Assembly: GCA_902763505.1 (NCBI GenBank)
Contig: CACWSO010000002.1
Location: 46,712 to 110,711 of the forward strand
Length of the DNA stretch: 64,000 nt
Direction: 5' to 3'
Origin: an uncultured Eubacteriales bacterium
Lineage (GTDB): Bacteria > Bacillota > Clostridia > Peptostreptococcales > Anaerovoracaceae
The notes under the pieces are model-generated. The model worked only from the letters and a program-made list of their open reading frames with translations, was not told where the DNA came from and did not search any database. The first letter of the stretch is position 1; each line of letters begins with the position of its first letter. This document shows positions 47,997 through 56,051 of this stretch, one piece after another. The position numbers were made by a program, and so were the translations under genes.

Positions 47997-48813
47997 TTAC
48001 AAAGTAGATTTCCATATCCATACAACAGCATCGGACGGGGAAGCGACGCCGACACAGATCATCAGACGCGCCGCCGAACTGGAGTACGATATCATAGCCA
48101 TTACGGACCACGACAACACCAATGGAATCGCTGAGGCCAAGATCGCGGCAGAAGCGGTCGGCATCCGTTTTGTTCCCGGCATCGAGATCGCGGTAGTCAC
48201 AGAGGAAGGGACTGGCCTTCATATGCTCGGCTACTACATCGACGAGGAGAACAAAGAACTGAAGGAATTCCTCAGCGCCATGGTGGAGCGCCGGAAGGAG
48301 AGAAACGAGCAGCTCTTCCAGGCCCTCAGCGAAATGGGTTACGAGCTGACGAAGGATGACATTGAGTACGGCAAGAACGAGTTCATCGGCAAACCGATCA
48401 TAGCCCGGGCATTGGTAAGCAAAGGCTACATAGACGATCCGCGGCAGGCCTTTGGGAAGGACATCCTGGGCAGCAAGAAGTGCCGTGCCATCAGGAAAGT
48501 CAAGCCCCTCGCCCGTGAAGCCATAGATGTGATCAAGCAGGCCGGCGGCATGCCGGTGCTCGCCCATCCGATCCAGACCCGCGGCGTAGGCCGTCCGGGA
48601 AGCGAAGAGTTCTTCAAGAACATGGACATGATCATCGGAAGACTCAAGAAGCAGGGGCTCAAAGGCCTCGAGTGTTTCCACCCTGATCAGAACTTCGAGC
48701 AGTCCATGAGGTTCGTCGAAATGGCGGAGAAGTATCACCTTCACATCACCAGAGGATCGGATTTCCACGGGAAAGATCTGGCGGAAGCAGACAAGACAGC
48801 AAACGAAAGATAA
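47989..48813 (+). CDS. PHP-domain phosphoesterase (TrpH/YciV-like)
   Basis: 274 aa with the VDFHIHTTASDGE..ITDHD motif. It overlaps xpt by 8 nt. Confidence 0.8.
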   Translation: MNDYKVDFHIHTTASDGEATPTQIIRRAAELEYDIIAITDHDNTNGIAEAKIAAEAVGIRFVPGIEIAVVTEEGTGLHMLGYYIDEENKELKEFLSAMVERRKERNEQLFQALSEMGYELTKDDIEYGKNEFIGKPIIARALVSKGYIDDPRQAFGKDILGSKKCRAIRKVKPLAREAIDVIKQAGGMPVLAHPIQTRGVGRPGSEEFFKNMDMIIGRLKKQGLKGLECFHPDQNFEQSMRFVEMAEKYHLHITRGSDFHGKDLAEADKTANER

Positions 48814-48873
48814 AGCAAGAAGATAGAAGCTACAAAAGATAAAAGCCAAAGCAACATGGCTCAGGAGGACAGA

Positions 48874-50292
48874 ATGAGAATTTACAACACACTGACAAGA
48901 AGAAAAGAAGAGTTCGTACCGCAGGAGGAAGGCAAAGTCAAGATGTACGTCTGTGGTCCTACCGTATACAACTACTTCCACATCGGAAACGCCAGACCTT
49001 TTGTCGTATTCGATACCATGAGAAAGTATCTGGAGTACAGAGGATACAAGGTGAAGTTCGTGCAGAACTTTACAGATGTGGACGACAAGATCATCAACCG
49101 TGCGAAGGAAGAAGGCGTCAGCGCTGGCGAGATTTCCGAGAAGTACATCGAAGAGTACTACAAAGATGCAGCTGCCCTGAACGTCAGAAAGGCAACCGTT
49201 CATCCGAAAGTCACAGAGACCATGGACGACATCATCAAATTCGTACAGGATCTCATCGACAAAGGCTATGCCTACGAAGTAGACGGTGACGTTTACTACA
49301 GAACGAGAATGTTCGATGGTTACGGCAAGCTGTCAGGCAAGAACGTCGATGAACTGCGTCTCGGCGCCAGTGAGAGAACCAGCTCCGCCGACGACGAGAA
49401 GAAGGAAGATCCGCTGGACTTCGCTCTTTGGAAGGCGCGTAAGGAAGACTCCGAGATCGCCTGGGAATCCCCTTGGGGCATGGGCAGACCTGGCTGGCAC
49501 ATCGAGTGCTCCGCCATGTCCAAGAAGTATCTGGGAGACACCCTGGACATCCACGCAGGCGGCGAAGACCTTCAGTTCCCGCATCATGAAAATGAAATCG
49601 CCCAGTCAGAAGCGCACAACGGCAAGCAGTTCGCCAACTACTGGATGCACAATGGATACATCAATATTGACGGCGTGAAGATGAGTAAGTCTCTCGGCAA
49701 CTTCAAGACCGTGCGTGATCTGCTCTCACAGTACGACGGAGAAGTCCTGCGTTTCCTGATCCTGAGCGGACAGTATAGAGGACCAATCGACTTCAACCCT
49801 GAGATCCTGCAGCAGTCCCAGAATGGTCTGAAGAGAATGCGCAACGCCAAGTCAAACCTCAAACACCTGATGGCCAACGGCGCAGACGGCGACATGACAG
49901 CAGCCGAAGCAGAGGCAGTGGAAGGTTTCGATCAGTACAGACAGAAGTTCATCGAGGCCATGGACGACGACCTCAATACAGCCGACGCCATTTCAGCAGT
50001 CTTTGAACTCGTTACCGCAATCAACACCGCTGCAGGCGCAAACGCTACGAAGGCTTTTGCAAAGGCAGCAATGGATGTGCTCATGGAACTGGCTTCCGTC
50101 CTTGGACTGCTCCAGCAGGAAGTGGAAGAGAAGGTGGAAATCGAGCCTGAGATCCAGGCACTGATCGACGAGCGTCAGGAGGCGCGTAAGGCGAAGAACT
50201 ACGCCCGCGCCGATGAGATCAGAGACCAACTGGCAGCACAGGGTATCACACTGAAGGATACTCCGCAGGGAGTGCAGGTCATCAGGAAGTAA
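48874..50292 (+). CDS. cysS: cysteine-tRNA ligase
   Basis: MRIYNTLTRRKEEF..MYVCGPTVYNYFHIGNAR (HIGH) and KMSKS (VKMSKSLGN). Confidence 0.95.
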   Translation: MRIYNTLTRRKEEFVPQEEGKVKMYVCGPTVYNYFHIGNARPFVVFDTMRKYLEYRGYKVKFVQNFTDVDDKIINRAKEEGVSAGEISEKYIEEYYKDAAALNVRKATVHPKVTETMDDIIKFVQDLIDKGYAYEVDGDVYYRTRMFDGYGKLSGKNVDELRLGASERTSSADDEKKEDPLDFALWKARKEDSEIAWESPWGMGRPGWHIECSAMSKKYLGDTLDIHAGGEDLQFPHHENEIAQSEAHNGKQFANYWMHNGYINIDGVKMSKSLGNFKTVRDLLSQYDGEVLRFLILSGQYRGPIDFNPEILQQSQNGLKRMRNAKSNLKHLMANGADGDMTAAEAEAVEGFDQYRQKFIEAMDDDLNTADAISAVFELVTAINTAAGANATKAFAKAAMDVLMELASVLGLLQQEVEEKVEIEPEIQALIDERQEARKAKNYARADEIRDQLAAQGITLKDTPQGVQVIRK

Positions 50293-50306
50293 CAGGTCGT
50301 TCGCAA

Positions 50307-50696
50307 ATGGATTTAGCAGAAGTAAAACAGCTGAATACGGATGTGCTCGCCTACGTTGGTGACGCGGTGTATGAGCTCTTTGTCCGTGAACTGGTGCTGG
50401 AGAGCGGCAGGCACAAAGCCTCCGGTCTGCACAGGACAGTCACGGGATATGTGAACGCCCATGCGCAAGCAGCAGCGATTCGAGGTATGTTCGACAAGCT
50501 TTCGGAAGATGAGAAGAGCCTCGTGAAGCGGGCGCGAAATCACAAATTTAGATCCAAAGCGAAGAATGCTGATCCGCTGACCTACAAATGGGCAACGGGA
50601 TTTGAAGCATTTATCGGGTATCTGTACCTGGCCGGGGAAGAAGACAGACTGACCTGGGCCATGTATAAAGCGGTGGAGATTACAGATGGCGAATAA
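50307..50696 (+). CDS. mrnC: mini-ribonuclease 3
   Basis: 129 aa. LAYVGDAVYELFVRE matches the RNase III-like signature, and the gene sits in the conserved position after cysS. Confidence 0.85.
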   Translation: MDLAEVKQLNTDVLAYVGDAVYELFVRELVLESGRHKASGLHRTVTGYVNAHAQAAAIRGMFDKLSEDEKSLVKRARNHKFRSKAKNADPLTYKWATGFEAFIGYLYLAGEEDRLTWAMYKAVEITDGE

Positions 50697-50943
50697 GTAT
50701 AAGAAAAAAAGAGAAGTGAGAAACAAGTCAAAGGACTGGCTCACAGATTACTATCAGACAGGACGTGAGTGGGAAAAAGATAACCGCAGGCGCCGCGAAG
50801 AAGCAGGAGAGAAAGAAGAGAAGGGTCTTCGCAATCTCAACTCCTTCGAACTGGGCTGCATCGTGATCATCGTCCTGGCTCTGATCGGTATGTTCATAAA
50901 GTACTTCCTGTTGGGACACGGGTTCTGGACAACAGGAATTTAG
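50686..50943 (+). CDS. small hypothetical membrane protein
   Basis: 85 aa with a very basic N-terminus and one transmembrane helix (LGCIVIIVLALIGMFIKYFLL). It overlaps mrnC by 11 nt. Confidence 0.45.
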   Translation: MANKYKKKREVRNKSKDWLTDYYQTGREWEKDNRRRREEAGEKEEKGLRNLNSFELGCIVIIVLALIGMFIKYFLLGHGFWTTGI

Positions 50944-50976
50944 CTGCAAAGGCAGCGCACTACGAAAGGTAGCAAC

Positions 50977-51849
50977 ATGAGTAAAGCAGATGTTTTATTT
51001 GTAAATATGTGTCGGGATATCCTGGACAACGGATTCTCTACAGAGGGGCAGACGGTCCGCGCCAGATGGGAAGACGGAACACCTGCCCATACAATCAAGC
51101 AGTTCGGCGTGGTCAACAGGTATGACCTGCAGGAAGAGTTTCCGGCTCTGACACTGCGCCCGACATACATCAAGAGCGCAGTCGATGAGATGCTGTGGAT
51201 CTGGCAGAAGAAGTCCAACAGAACAGCAGATCTGAAGAGCGGAATCTGGGATGAATGGGCCAATGAAGAGGGAACGATTGGCAAAGCCTACGGCTATCAG
51301 ATGGCTCAGAAGTACAACTTCGCACAGGGCGAGATGGACCAGGTGGACAACGTGCTCTGGCAGCTGAAGAACACGCCCTATTCCAGACGTATCATGACCA
51401 ACATGTACAACTTCGCGGATCTCCGCGAGATGGGACTGGAGCCGTGCGCGTACAGCATGACCTTCAACGTTACACGCGAAGAAGGCGGCGGCGCTGAGGG
51501 CAAAGGCGGCAGCGGCCGCTTCGTTCTGAACGGGATTTTGAACCAGAGATCTCAGGATATTCTGGCGGCGAACAACTGGAACGTCGTGCAGTACGCGGTG
51601 CTGATCTATATGCTGGCACAGGTCAATGGCATGGTGCCGGGAGAACTGGTGCATGTCATTTCCGACGCGCACATCTATGATCGGCATGTTGATATCATCC
51701 GCGAGATGATTGAGCGTCCGCAGTATCCGGCGCCGAAGTTCAGTCTGAACCCGGAGATCAAAGATTTCTACGATTTCACAACCGACGATATCATCATCAA
51801 AGACTACAAGAAGAACCCGCAGATCAAGAACATCCCGATCGCGGTATAG
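50977..51849 (+). CDS. thyA: thymidylate synthase (ThyA)
   Basis: 290 aa. The catalytic region is LEPCAYSMTF, followed by NQRSQD. A glycine-rich insert REEGGGAEGKGGSGR lies between them. Confidence 0.9.
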   Translation: MSKADVLFVNMCRDILDNGFSTEGQTVRARWEDGTPAHTIKQFGVVNRYDLQEEFPALTLRPTYIKSAVDEMLWIWQKKSNRTADLKSGIWDEWANEEGTIGKAYGYQMAQKYNFAQGEMDQVDNVLWQLKNTPYSRRIMTNMYNFADLREMGLEPCAYSMTFNVTREEGGGAEGKGGSGRFVLNGILNQRSQDILAANNWNVVQYAVLIYMLAQVNGMVPGELVHVISDAHIYDRHVDIIREMIERPQYPAPKFSLNPEIKDFYDFTTDDIIIKDYKKNPQIKNIPIAV

Positions 51850-51857
51850 TCAGGGAT

Positions 51858-51890
51858 GAACCCCTGACCTCATGACTGCCATTCATGCGC
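51858..51890 (-). repeat. 33-nt copy (1 mismatch) of an internal segment of the tRNA-Ala gene
   Basis: gaacccctgacctcatgactgccaTtcatgcgc matches 44600-44632 (tRNA positions 24-56) in the same orientation. The single change is C32 to A in the anticodon loop. Confidence 0.95.
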
Positions 51891-51916
51891 TCTGTGGAAT
51901 AGATAAGGAGACAACA

Positions 51917-52456
51917 GTGAACGCGATTGTAGCAACAGACAGAAACTGGGGCATCGGCAAGAACAACGACCTTCTGGTCCACCTGCCGGGCGACCTCAAA
52001 TACTATAAGAAAAAGACACTGGGCAAGTGTGTCATCTTCGGACAGAGAACACTGGAATCTCTTCCGAGATCAAGGCCATTGCCGAAGAGAAACCACATCG
52101 TGCTCAGCGATGATCTAAGCTACAGTGTGGAACCAAGAGAAGGGTTCGCCTGCGACATCTGCCACACGAAGGACGAAGTCCTGGAGCTGGTTGCGGAATA
52201 TGAAGCGGCAGCCGCAGAGAGGGGTGAGGATCCGTCAGAGGCAGTGTTCATTTGCGGCGGCGCATCCATTTACGAGCTCTTCTTTGAGGATTGTGACGCC
52301 TTTTATGTGACGAGAATCGACGAGGCGTTCGACGCCGACAGATTCTTCCCGAACCTGGAGGAGAAGGGATTCGTGGTCACCTGGGAATCAGACGTGCAGA
52401 CGGATGAAGCAACCGGCATCAAGTATACCTTCAGAAAATACGAGCGCGGCGAATAA
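51917..52456 (+). CDS. folA: dihydrofolate reductase
   Basis: The GTG start lies 6 nt after AAGGAG. VNAIVATDRNWGIGKNNDLLVHLPGDLKYYKKKT is a typical DHFR N-terminus. The track start at 51872 lies inside the tRNA-like fragment. Confidence 0.88.
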   Translation: MNAIVATDRNWGIGKNNDLLVHLPGDLKYYKKKTLGKCVIFGQRTLESLPRSRPLPKRNHIVLSDDLSYSVEPREGFACDICHTKDEVLELVAEYEAAAAERGEDPSEAVFICGGASIYELFFEDCDAFYVTRIDEAFDADRFFPNLEEKGFVVTWESDVQTDEATGIKYTFRKYERGE

Positions 52457-52480
52457 GGTAAGCAGCAGACGGAGATCAAC

Positions 52481-53227
52481 ATGTCCGAAATCATAGCAGG
52501 AAGAAACGCAGTGCTGGAAGCTCTCAAGTCCGGCCGCGAAATCGAAAAAATCAATATTCAGAAACTGGAAGCCGGAGCCCATCAATCGGGCTCCGTTAAA
52601 CAGATTATCGCAAAGGCAAAGGAAGCGAAGATTCCTGTCTACCACAGCGACAAAGCCTTCATGGACAAACTGCTGGATGGAGCGAAAGTCAACTGCCAGG
52701 GCGTCATTGCCACGGCATCAGACTATTCCTATTGTGAGGTGGATGACATCCTACAGCTCGCTGCGCAGCGCGACGAGAAACCATTCGTCATCATCCTGGA
52801 TGGACTGGAGGACCCGCACAATCTCGGCGCCATTATGCGTACGGCGGAATGCGCCGGCGCCCATGGAATCATCATTCCGAAGCGCCGCAGCGTGTCGGTC
52901 AATGAAACCGTGCTGAAGACAAGTGCAGGAGCGGCGGAACACATGCTCTGCGCCAGAGTGACCAACATCGGCAGGACCATCGATGAACTGAAGAACCAGG
53001 GCGTCTGGATCTACGCCTGCGACATGGGCGACACGCTCCTGTACGATCAGGATATGACCGGACCGTGCGCCATCGTCATCGGCAGTGAAGGGTTCGGCAT
53101 CAACCGTCTGGTTCGAGAGAAGTGCGACTTCGTCATCAGCATTCCGATGAAGGGACATGTGAACTCCCTCAACGCATCCAATGCAGCGGCCATCGCCATG
53201 TACGAAGTGGTCAAGCAGCGCCTCTAA
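52481..53227 (+). CDS. rlmB: 23S rRNA (guanosine-2'-O)-methyltransferase RlmB (SpoU/TrmH family)
   Basis: 248 aa. GRNAVLEALKSG...LDGLEDPHNLGAIMRTAE...SLNASNAAAI. Confidence 0.88.
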   Translation: MSEIIAGRNAVLEALKSGREIEKINIQKLEAGAHQSGSVKQIIAKAKEAKIPVYHSDKAFMDKLLDGAKVNCQGVIATASDYSYCEVDDILQLAAQRDEKPFVIILDGLEDPHNLGAIMRTAECAGAHGIIIPKRRSVSVNETVLKTSAGAAEHMLCARVTNIGRTIDELKNQGVWIYACDMGDTLLYDQDMTGPCAIVIGSEGFGINRLVREKCDFVISIPMKGHVNSLNASNAAAIAMYEVVKQRL

Positions 53228-53273
53228 CGCAGCACCAACCCGAGCACACCACCCAAACGCACCAACACAAAAC

Positions 53274-53918
53274 ATGCTGAAAAAAGAACTCATCAACTCA
53301 ATCGAAAACCCGGAGATACAGCTTGCGGCGGAAGCCCAGGCTGGGGACGCGCTTGCCGAGGAGACCCTGATCAGAAATTACTCAGGGATCGTCTACAAAA
53401 AGGCAAGGGCCTATTTCATGGCGGGCGCAGACGCGGAGGATGTGGTCCAGGAAGGAATGATTGGACTGCTCAAAGCCGTGCGCAGTTATGATGCCGATAA
53501 GAACGCCAGCTTCGGGACCTACGCAGAGAGATGCGTCACCAACCAGATCATCAGCGCCATCCGTTCCGCGGACCGGATCAAGCATAAACCTCTGAACACA
53601 TCAGTTTCTTTGAATAAACCAGTCAGCACCGACGCGTCTTCCGGCGCGACAGATCAGTCGGAGATCACACTCGGGGATACGCTGAGCACCAACCCGGCTG
53701 ACAGCCCGGACGAGATGCTCATCATCAAAGACGTTGCCTATTATATTCTCAACAACGGCGACAATGTTTTCAGCGATCTTGAAATGAAGGTCCTCAGTGA
53801 ATACACCAAGGGATTCACCTCCGGCCAGATTGCAGAACGGTTGGGCAAAAGCAGCAAATCCGTCGACAACGCGCTCCAACGTACAAAGAAAAAAGTCAAC
53901 GCCTATCTGTGGAAGTAG
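53274..53918 (+). CDS. sigH: RNA polymerase sigma-H factor
   Basis: AEETLIRNYSGIVYKKARAYFMAGADAEDVVQEGMIGLLKAVRSYD and the position after rlmB match SigH. ATG 53274 was chosen, and no clear Shine-Dalgarno sequence precedes it. Confidence 0.8.
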   Translation: MLKKELINSIENPEIQLAAEAQAGDALAEETLIRNYSGIVYKKARAYFMAGADAEDVVQEGMIGLLKAVRSYDADKNASFGTYAERCVTNQIISAIRSADRIKHKPLNTSVSLNKPVSTDASSGATDQSEITLGDTLSTNPADSPDEMLIIKDVAYYILNNGDNVFSDLEMKVLSEYTKGFTSGQIAERLGKSSKSVDNALQRTKKKVNAYLWK

Positions 53919-54038
53919 CCTGTGGCTGCTTCTTTTCATTTATCTTTAAATTCCTTAAGCTACCCATATTTGACGCATCCCCGTGATAAAATCATATTCG
54001 GGAAAGAATCATCTTGAATTAGCAAGGGGTAGAACGTC

Positions 54039-55328
54039 ATGAAATGCATCCATTGCGGTAGCGAAATTGATAATGATTTGAATTACTGCGGCTACTGCGG
54101 TACCAAGGCGATACACGTACCGCCGATTTTTACGATGGCTAAAATCGGAACGGACGTCGCCACCGAGGCGATTCGTTCCTATTCAGAGTGGGGATTTTAC
54201 AACAGCCCTGATGCAGAGTTGGATCCAGAGACAGGCAAGAAGCCGGAGTATGGTTTCGATGCCCTCGATGCGCTGCCGGACGAGAACCATCTCAAGTGGG
54301 CCCGTGACTTCATGAAGGCAGATGAAATCGCCGCGGAGTATACATACCAGTCACTCGAAGATCAGTTTGCGGAAGCAGACGATGATGCAGAAGAACCCGA
54401 GCAGTACGACGCGTCTGACGACTATGACGACTACGATGACTATGACGACGAAGACGATGATGCAAAGGCAACAGATGACGATTTCCCGAAGAAGCGCCTG
54501 CCGATCGCAGTGATCGTCGTTGCGCTGGTGCTTCTGGCGGCAGCCATCGCAGGAGGCGCATACTATCTCTTTGGCGGAAACAAAACCTATGAAGCAGATC
54601 TGAATTCACTCATGAATGAACCGAATGTCATCGGCTATGATGGATATGGCGAGATGGCCCTCATGCCGCAGATTGACGCCGCCAAGGAAGATGCCTGGCT
54701 GGACACGGTCGAATTCGATGTCGACAAGGAAGCTTTCTCCAAGGTACTCGATACCGTCAAATACACACCGGACAAAACAGATAAATTGTCTAATGGCGAT
54801 GTTGTAAACATCACGATCACCTACGATGAGAATCTGGCAGAGGAAGCAGAGCTGAAGCTAACGGCGAAACCGACAACCTATGAAGTAAAGGGTCTGGAAA
54901 TCGGAAAGGATCTGGCTTACGATCCGCACGCCTACCACGCGTATTACGATGACTTCATCCTGCCGCAGAGCGACAGCGAGGAATTGAGCAGAGCAGACGT
55001 CGTTTACAGCACCAACGGGAATCCGGATACCGTCCAGCAGGCGATCAATGAAATCTACGCCCGCCACGGATGGATCTTCGGTAATGAGTATTACGACAAA
55101 CTCTTCCGAGAATTCGAATGGTATACACCGATGTATGAGCCGGACAAGTTTGACAATGCATGGCTCAATGAGTACGAAAAGGCGAACCTGACTCTGCTGA
55201 CAGGATACCGGGATGAACTCCGTGCCGCTGAGAAGAAGGCGGCAGAAGAAAAAGCAGCCAAAGAAGCTGCTGAGAAAGCTGCACAGAGCAGCAAACCGTC
55301 AAAGCCGTCAGATGACGACGATGACTGA
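54039..55328 (+). CDS. zinc-ribbon / YARHG-domain membrane protein
   Basis: 429 aa. It has an N-terminal zinc ribbon (CIHCGSE..CGYCG), an acidic DDYDDYDDYDDEDDD tract, one transmembrane helix and a C-terminal YARHG motif (INEIYARHGWIF). Confidence 0.65.
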   Translation: MKCIHCGSEIDNDLNYCGYCGTKAIHVPPIFTMAKIGTDVATEAIRSYSEWGFYNSPDAELDPETGKKPEYGFDALDALPDENHLKWARDFMKADEIAAEYTYQSLEDQFAEADDDAEEPEQYDASDDYDDYDDYDDEDDDAKATDDDFPKKRLPIAVIVVALVLLAAAIAGGAYYLFGGNKTYEADLNSLMNEPNVIGYDGYGEMALMPQIDAAKEDAWLDTVEFDVDKEAFSKVLDTVKYTPDKTDKLSNGDVVNITITYDENLAEEAELKLTAKPTTYEVKGLEIGKDLAYDPHAYHAYYDDFILPQSDSEELSRADVVYSTNGNPDTVQQAINEIYARHGWIFGNEYYDKLFREFEWYTPMYEPDKFDNAWLNEYEKANLTLLTGYRDELRAAEKKAAEEKAAKEAAEKAAQSSKPSKPSDDDDD

Positions 55329-55344
55329 CAGATATAGAAATGAG

Positions 55345-55375
55345 AAGATGCGGCGCGCAGCCGCATCTTTTTTAT
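55345..55375. terminator. bidirectional intrinsic terminator
   Basis: The stem agatgcggc/gccgcatct is followed by ttttttatt. It overlaps the stop of the convergent XRE gene. Confidence 0.75.
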
Positions 55376-55656
55376 TGGTTCTTTTTTCTTAGCTGTTCCA
55401 CAAGCATGTGTACAGCGAGGATGTCTTCTTCACTTAATCCGTCCGTATTGATGGACGAGGTTGCTTCCAGACCCAACAGATAGTCAGTGGACACATGAAA
55501 AATCTTAGCTAGTTCAACCAGATACCTTGTCGATGGTGTAGAAATACCCATCTCCCAGGCATTCACACTAGAACGGGTGATGCCGATCATTCTAGCCAAA
55601 GTGGATTGTGTCAGACCCTTGCGCTCCCGTAATGTTTTGATTCTTTCTGAAGTCAT
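55372..55656 (-). CDS. XRE-family helix-turn-helix transcriptional regulator
   Basis: MTSERIKTLRERKGLTQSTLARMIGITRSSVNAWE is a typical HTH_3 domain. An alternative upstream ATG at 55725 would place the C8 tract inside the coding sequence. Confidence 0.75.
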   Translation of the reverse strand: MTSERIKTLRERKGLTQSTLARMIGITRSSVNAWEMGISTPSTRYLVELAKIFHVSTDYLLGLEATSSINTDGLSEEDILAVHMLVEQLRKKNQ

Positions 55657-55668
55657 TTCTCTCTTATT

Positions 55669-55676
55669 GGGGGGGG
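55669..55676 (-). repeat. homopolymeric C8 (G8 on plus strand) tract 13 nt upstream of the XRE ATG
   Basis: gggggggg at 55669-55676. Confidence 0.95.
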
Positions 55677-55823
55677 TGATAGGACCGCCCAATATATCCC
55701 CATACATCCCTAAACATTCGCACATTCATACTGTGCAGTTCTAATTGATTATAATTATTTTACACCATGATTCCCTTACATGCATTATCAAAAGGATATT
55801 TTAAGTTGACGTTTTAAAAGGCG

Positions 55824-55872
55824 GAATTGTACAAATAATGTGCGAATTATTACAAAGATGTTTGTACGAATT
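55824..55872. promoter_or_regulatory. operator-like repeat set GAATTGTACAAA / GAATTATTACAAA / inverted TTTGTACGAATT
   Basis: The copies lie at 55824-55835, 55844-55856 and 55861-55872. The last one abuts and overlaps the -35 of the EPS promoter. Confidence 0.5.
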
Positions 55873-55899
55873 GACAATCGTCAGTTTTAAAGATACAAT
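55871..55899 (+). promoter_or_regulatory. near-consensus sigma-A promoter for the EPS operon (TTGACA-17-TACAAT)
   Basis: ttgaca at 55871-55876, a 17-nt spacer, and tacaat at 55894-55899. This predicts a leader of about 146 nt before the LCP gene. Confidence 0.65.
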
Positions 55900-56051
55900 C
55901 TTGTATACAAAACACACCTATATATGTAAGAAATCGCATCAAAGGAAGGCTCGAACGAACCTCATGTAAATGGGGGGTATCGTGCCATTTTATACGTGCG
56001 CCATTTTAAAGTACCAATAATCCAGAGGAGAAGCAATTCGACACTGACAGA

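Noticed and set aside
48814-48873. T-box leader upstream of cysS
   Set aside because: The spacer after the PHP gene is about 60 nt, with no specifier hairpin or T-box sequence. cysS appears to be co-transcribed with xpt and the PHP gene.
44600-51890. Interpreting the two tRNA-Ala-derived repeats as attL/attR of an integrated element spanning 44.6-51.9 kb
   Set aside because: The intervening genes are core housekeeping genes (tRNA-Thr, xpt, cysS, mrnC, thyA) with no integrase, and GC is uniform. The duplicated segment is internal to the tRNA (positions 24-56) rather than its 3' end. The repeat is real, but the island interpretation is not supported.
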